Source: an uncultured Gemmatimonadaceae bacterium (GTDB taxonomy: Bacteria; Gemmatimonadota; Gemmatimonadetes; Gemmatimonadales; Gemmatimonadaceae). Taken from it: a stretch of DNA of 64,000 nt. The translations under genes and the position numbers were made by a program. This document shows, one piece after another, positions 59,597 to 64,000 of the stretch; positions within the stretch are counted from its first letter, which is position 1; every line of letters begins with the position of its first letter. The stretch lies in the NCBI GenBank assembly GCA_963740355.1, contig CAVUDW010000002.1:928001-992000 (forward strand), written 5' to 3'. The notes below the pieces were generated by a model. The model had not been told where the DNA came from. It saw only the letters and a list, made by a program, of their open reading frames with translations, and did no database searches.

Positions 59597-60456
59597 TTGC
59601 GTGGCTGACGCGCAAGTTTTCGCGCGATCCGGGGCAGCTGGGGTTGTTCGAGGTGGTGTCGGCGACGCCGGAATTGGTGCGGCATGTGGCACCGATGCGA
59701 GTGCCGGATGCAGCGCCGGCGTCGCGACCGTTGCCGGCAGAACCGGGCATGTCGAACTCGCTCGCTTCATCACGTGCGACAGCACATGCACCCGCGCCCG
59801 CGGTGCCAGTCGTTCCGGCACCCGTCGCGATCGATCCGGACGCCTTCCTCGCCACATTGCGGGCACACGGCCTGCGTGGCGTGGACCGCGTGGTGTTCAC
59901 GCGCAATCGCCGCACGATGGTGAGCCTGCTGCGCGGCGTCCTGCGTGTCCATGAAGGCTTCGTGTCGGCACCGGCAAGCGTGCATCAGGCGATCGCCATC
60001 TTCGCGACCTCGCGCAATCGTGCGAAACGTTCGGCCGCCCGCGATGTGATCGTGGAGTGGCCGGTGCCGATCCGTGCTGCCGCGCGACGTCCCGCGGCGC
60101 AGCACGCCGACGATGCGCCGATGGCCGCGCGCCTGACGATGCTGCATGCGCAACTGAATCTCGAACACTTCGACGGAGCGCTCGATGCGCTCGAGATCCA
60201 GGTCTCGCGCCGCCTCGCGCGCCGACTTGGTCACTACACGCCGCGCTCCCACAACGGTGGCATCGGTGAGATCGTGATGTCGCGCCGCCACGTTCGCCGC
60301 GATGGCTGGCCCGAGGCGATCCACACCCTGCTGCACGAGATGGTGCACCAGTGGCAGGACGAAACCGGCCGTCCCGTCGACCACGGCGCCGGCTTCCGCG
60401 CCAAGTGCCGCGCTGTCGGCATCGAACCCGCCGCGACCCGCATGATTCCGCGCTGA
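59593..60456 (+). CDS. SprT-like zinc metalloprotease
   Basis: TLLHEMVHQW...HGAGFRAKC. GTG start overlaps the previous stop. Confidence 0.85.
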   Translation: MIAWLTRKFSRDPGQLGLFEVVSATPELVRHVAPMRVPDAAPASRPLPAEPGMSNSLASSRATAHAPAPAVPVVPAPVAIDPDAFLATLRAHGLRGVDRVVFTRNRRTMVSLLRGVLRVHEGFVSAPASVHQAIAIFATSRNRAKRSAARDVIVEWPVPIRAAARRPAAQHADDAPMAARLTMLHAQLNLEHFDGALDALEIQVSRRLARRLGHYTPRSHNGGIGEIVMSRRHVRRDGWPEAIHTLLHEMVHQWQDETGRPVDHGAGFRAKCRAVGIEPAATRMIPR

Positions 60457-60570
60457 GTTCTCGTCAGAGGCAGGCAGCGGTGTGTGAGAGGACAAGAGAC
60501 GGCCGAGCGGGCACGTCGCAGGCTTGTAGTTGCGACCATCGCTGTTGCTCAGAGAAAACAACATGTGAGC

Positions 60571-60851
60571 GGGAGGCCACGGAGCTCACGGAGTGCGTCG
60601 TATTCGAGGCGTCCCTCTTTGCGGGCTTCGTTCTCTTGCTGTTCTCAAAAACAGCAGCCGAGAAACGCGCTGCACGATCGGCTGCACCCCACGCACTCCG
60701 TGAGCTCCGTGGCCTCCCCCCCCAATGCAGTTGCAGTTGTCGTTGCAGTTGCAGTTGCAGTTCAATCTCGAAAACAGTGAAACGCGCTGCACGATCGGCT
60801 GCACCCCACGCACTCCGTGAGCTCCGTGGCCTCCCCCTCAATGCAGTTGCA
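60571..60851. repeat. REP-like intergenic mosaic of inverted and direct repeats
   Basis: 28-bp unit at 60571-60598 is the exact reverse complement of 60691-60718 and 60808-60835. ~73-bp direct repeats at 60662-60735 and 60779-60851. (GTTGCA)n tract at ~60727-60762. Confidence 0.9.
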
Positions 60852-61027
60852 CTTGACGATCTCGCACAAGCACGTAAGCCTCGGCTGTAGTCTCCCCTTT
60901 CGATCTTACCAAAAAAGCGTGGACGCTCGTCGGGATTACCCTGACACCGAGCTCTCACGATGCGCCAGGAAATGGGATGACTTATTGTGATGGAATTCTG
61001 TGGTGAATCCGAAAACTCTTGCCCTCG

Positions 61028-62389
61028 ATGACCATGCGACGCTTCTCGGGTTCGATGCTGGCAGCTGCACTCTCGGCTGGTGCTCTGGTCTCATCACTCA
61101 CGGCGCAACGGCCGGTGAACACGACGGCGTTGCGCGAGGAGATCGAGCGGCGGACGGCGCTGGTGAATGCGAAGGTGGTGAGCTGGCGGCGCGACATTCA
61201 TGAACACCCAGAGCTGTCTGGTGAAGAGGTGCGCACGTCGGCGCTGGTCGCGGCTCACCTTCGCGCGCTGGGCATGGAGGTCACGACCGAGGTCGGCGGC
61301 CACGGCGTGATCGGAATCCTCCGCGGTGGCAAGCCGGGGCCGGTCGTCGCGTTGCGCGCGGACATGGATGCGCTGCCGGTGGCAGAGCAGGTCGACCTGC
61401 CTTTTCGCTCGGTGGTGAAGAGCAGCTACCGTGGACAGGCCGTTGGTGTGATGCATGCCTGCGGACATGACAATCATGTCGCGATCCTGATGGGCGCCGC
61501 CGAAGTGCTGGCTGGCATGAAGGCGACGTTGCCTGGCACCGTGAAGTTCATCTTCCAGCCGGCGGAAGAAGGCGCGCCGAATGGCGAAGGTGGTGCGGCG
61601 CCGATGATCCGTGCTGGTGCCCTCGAGAATCCGCATGTGGACGCGATCTTCGGGTTGCATGTCTTCCCCGGTCCCCTCGGCTCGGTGGGCTATCGTGTCG
61701 GTCCGCTGCTCGCGGCGGCCAATTCATTTTCGCTCACCGTGCGCGGCCGACAGACGCATGGCGCCGCGCCATGGGCAGGTGTCGATCCGATTGTCGTCGG
61801 CTCGCAGATCGTGATGGGCCTCCAGACCATCATCAGCCGCCAGACCGACATCACGGCGGTGCCGGCCATCGTCACCGTCGGCGCCATCAACGGGGGAATC
61901 CGCAGCAACATCATTCCCGACAGCGTGGTGATGGTGGGCACGATCCGCACCTTCGATCCGACGCAGCGCAGCGACATCTTCGCGCGCATGAAGCGGACGG
62001 CGGAGCAGATCGCGCTCAGCAGTGGCGCGACGGCATCGGTGGTCGTGGATAGCGGCTACCCGGTGACGGTCAATGACACCGCCCTGACGAACCAGATGTT
62101 GCCCACGCTCCGCTGGGCCGCCGGACCGGCGGGGGCTTCGATCCGGCCGCTGGTGACCGGCGCCGAGGACTTTTCCTACTTCCAGGAGAAGGTGCCGGGG
62201 CTGTTCGTGATGCTTGGCGTGACGCCCAAGGACAAGGATCCGCGGACCGTGGCGGCCAACCACTCGCCTTATTTCTTTGCGGATGAGGCTGCCCTCCCGA
62301 CCGGCGTCAGGACGATGGCCTCGCTGGCGGTGGACTTCCTCGCCGCGGGCAAGGTGGCACCCGGGGCGGCGGGAACCGCGGGTCGGTAG
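61028..62389 (+). CDS. M20D amidohydrolase with signal peptide
   Basis: RRDIHEHPEL, LRADMDALP, MHACGHD, FQPAEEG, GAEDFS, NHSP. Confidence 0.93.
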   Translation: MTMRRFSGSMLAAALSAGALVSSLTAQRPVNTTALREEIERRTALVNAKVVSWRRDIHEHPELSGEEVRTSALVAAHLRALGMEVTTEVGGHGVIGILRGGKPGPVVALRADMDALPVAEQVDLPFRSVVKSSYRGQAVGVMHACGHDNHVAILMGAAEVLAGMKATLPGTVKFIFQPAEEGAPNGEGGAAPMIRAGALENPHVDAIFGLHVFPGPLGSVGYRVGPLLAAANSFSLTVRGRQTHGAAPWAGVDPIVVGSQIVMGLQTIISRQTDITAVPAIVTVGAINGGIRSNIIPDSVVMVGTIRTFDPTQRSDIFARMKRTAEQIALSSGATASVVVDSGYPVTVNDTALTNQMLPTLRWAAGPAGASIRPLVTGAEDFSYFQEKVPGLFVMLGVTPKDKDPRTVAANHSPYFFADEAALPTGVRTMASLAVDFLAAGKVAPGAAGTAGR

Positions 62390-62582
62390 CCCCCCGCCTC
62401 ATTCAATCGTCCATGGGAGGCTGGCCCGGCTGCGTTTCCGCACTCTGCCGGGCCAGTTAGCGTTATCACTCTGGAATGTCCGCGGGATTCCCTCCGGAAT
62501 TCTCACCGGATACCCACCTCGATCCTTCAGGGCGCGCCCATCCGGCGGCGCCCGCCCGACCTTCCCTGGCGGAGACTGTGCC

Positions 62583-63818
62583 ATGGCCGTTCATATCGAT
62601 TCCGAAACTTCGCTGCTCCCATCAGGCCACCTGATGCCGCGCGAGGATGATCTTTTCAACATCGACGCCGCACTGACGGAGGAGGAGCGCGCGATTCGCG
62701 ACTCGGTGCGTCGCTTCGTCGATGAGCGCATCATCCCGATCATCGGTGATTGCTACGTCCAGGGCCGCTTTCCGAAGGAACTGATTCCGGAGATGGCCGA
62801 ACTCGGCATGTTCGGCGCGAACCTCCCCGAGGAATACGGCTGCGCGGGCCTGAGCAGCGTCGCCTACGGGTTGATCATGCAGGAACTCGAGCGCGGCGAC
62901 AGCGGCATCCGCAGCTTCGCCAGCGTGCAGGGGGCGCTGGTCATGTACCCGATCTTCGCATTCGGCAGCGAAGCGCAGAAGCGCCAATACCTGCCGAAGA
63001 TGGCGAAGGGTGAAATCATCGGCTGCTTCGGCCTCACCGAGCCCGATGCCGGGTCCAACCCCGGTGGCATGATCACCCGCGCCCGCCAGCAGGGTGACGG
63101 ATCGTGGATCATCAATGGCGCCAAGATGTGGATCACCAACGGTTCACAGGCGCATGTGTCAATCATCTGGGCAAAGACCGCCGATGGCGACGACACCGGC
63201 AAGTCGGTGCGTGGCTTCATCGTGCCGACCAACACGCCCGGGTTCACGGCCAAGGACCAGAAGGGCAAGCTCTCGCTCCGGGCGAGCGACACCAGTGAAC
63301 TGGTGCTGGTCGACGTGCACGTTCCCGCCGATGCGATGCTTCCCGAAGTGCAGGGGCTGCGTGGCCCGCTCAGCTGCCTGACCCAGGCCCGATACGGCAT
63401 TTCGTGGGGTGCCGTCGGCGCCGCGATGGCCTGTTATGAAGAGGCGCTCTCCTATTCGAAGACGCGCATCATGTTCGACAAGCCGATTGGTGCGTTCCAG
63501 ATCCAGCAGGTACGCCTGGCCGACATGATCACGGAGATCATCAAGGGGCAGCTGCTCTCCTTGCACCTCGGCCGCATGAAGGACCTCGGAACGTTCAACT
63601 CGAACCAGGTGTCGGTGGCGAAGCGCAACAACGTCAACATGGCGACCGACATTGCGCGTGAAGCCCGTCGCCTGCTTGGCGGCAATGGCATCCTGGCCGA
63701 GTATCACAGCATGCGGCACATGGCCAACCTCGAGAGCGTGTACACGTACGAGGGGACGCACGACGTGCACTCGCTGATCATCGGCAACGCGATCACGGGA
63801 TTGCAGGCGTTCAAGTAG
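62583..63818 (+). CDS. gcdH: Acyl-CoA dehydrogenase (glutaryl-CoA dehydrogenase-like)
   Basis: ELERGDSGIRS, GCFGLTEPDAGSNP, KMWITNG, ARYGISWG, YTYEGT. Confidence 0.88.
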   Translation: MAVHIDSETSLLPSGHLMPREDDLFNIDAALTEEERAIRDSVRRFVDERIIPIIGDCYVQGRFPKELIPEMAELGMFGANLPEEYGCAGLSSVAYGLIMQELERGDSGIRSFASVQGALVMYPIFAFGSEAQKRQYLPKMAKGEIIGCFGLTEPDAGSNPGGMITRARQQGDGSWIINGAKMWITNGSQAHVSIIWAKTADGDDTGKSVRGFIVPTNTPGFTAKDQKGKLSLRASDTSELVLVDVHVPADAMLPEVQGLRGPLSCLTQARYGISWGAVGAAMACYEEALSYSKTRIMFDKPIGAFQIQQVRLADMITEIIKGQLLSLHLGRMKDLGTFNSNQVSVAKRNNVNMATDIAREARRLLGGNGILAEYHSMRHMANLESVYTYEGTHDVHSLIIGNAITGLQAFK

Positions 63819-63842
63819 GGACGACGAAGTCTGTGGCAGGGC

Positions 63843-63881
63843 CCGATCCGCGTCGCGAGGGAACTCCGTGACGCGGATCGG
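63843..63881 (+). terminator. Hairpin after the acyl-CoA dehydrogenase gene
   Basis: 15-bp stem CCGATCCGCGTCGCG / CGTGACGCGGATCGG followed by TTAGCTTT. Confidence 0.6.
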
Positions 63882-63890
63882 TTAGCTTTG

Positions 63891-63906
63891 TGGCACGGGG
63901 TCTGCA
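63891..63906 (+). promoter_or_regulatory. sigma54 (-24/-12) promoter candidate
   Basis: TGGCACGGGGTCTGCA versus consensus TGGCACG-N4-TTGCW, with correct GG/GC spacing. Confidence 0.55.
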
Positions 63907-63946
63907 CGCATCGTCAGCAGCTGACGCGTGACCGCCCGCACCACTC

Positions 63947-63983
63947 CGGAGCGACCGCTGGCTCAGCGGCGCTCCGTTTTTTT
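63947..63983 (+). terminator. Rho-independent terminator
   Basis: CGGAGCG(A)CCGCTG-GCT-CAGCGGCGCTCCG followed by T7. Confidence 0.8.
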
Positions 63984-64000
63984 ATCCGGACTTTCGTCGT

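Noticed and set aside
60571..60851. CRISPR array
   Set aside because: Only two direct copies plus one inverted copy, repeats of ~73 bp, a low-complexity spacer, and no cas genes.
60351..60958. ORFs spanning the repeat region (CSCSC / QLQLQ peptides)
   Set aside because: They are translations of the DNA repeats and microsatellite, with no coding signal.

Overview
High-GC window from a diderm bacterium. The gene content (SusC/SusD pair, Cys-type CcmE, split atp operon, recF-dciA) is most compatible with Gemmatimonadota, which is an inference. It is mostly housekeeping: recF/dciA, mtnA-glpK, ccmEFH, uvrA, an F0+delta atp operon, cstA-ybdD, icd, acyl-CoA dehydrogenase and several peptidases and transporters. 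I saw no rRNA, tRNA, CRISPR array or transposase. The accessory or unusual elements are: (1) a pseudopilin-like gene coupled to a HAMP-GAF-HD-GYP phosphodiesterase; (2) an orphan A-T-KS-AT-ACP-aminotransferase NRPS/PKS with no release domain; (3) a hidden ~114-aa CxxC...RGPP leader ORF plus hairpin upstream of a TonB-dependent receptor, resembling a CruR/CutF-type metal-sensing ribosome-arrest regulator; (4) a LeuA-like protein that has lost its catalytic and metal-binding residues; (5) a Rex-like operator on the atp promoter and strong hairpins flanking atpE; (6) a REP-like repeat mosaic at 60.5-60.9 kb; (7) a sigma54-like promoter followed by a ~65-nt terminated RNA at the window end. Four genes carry single-base +1 frameshifts that look like sequencing errors.
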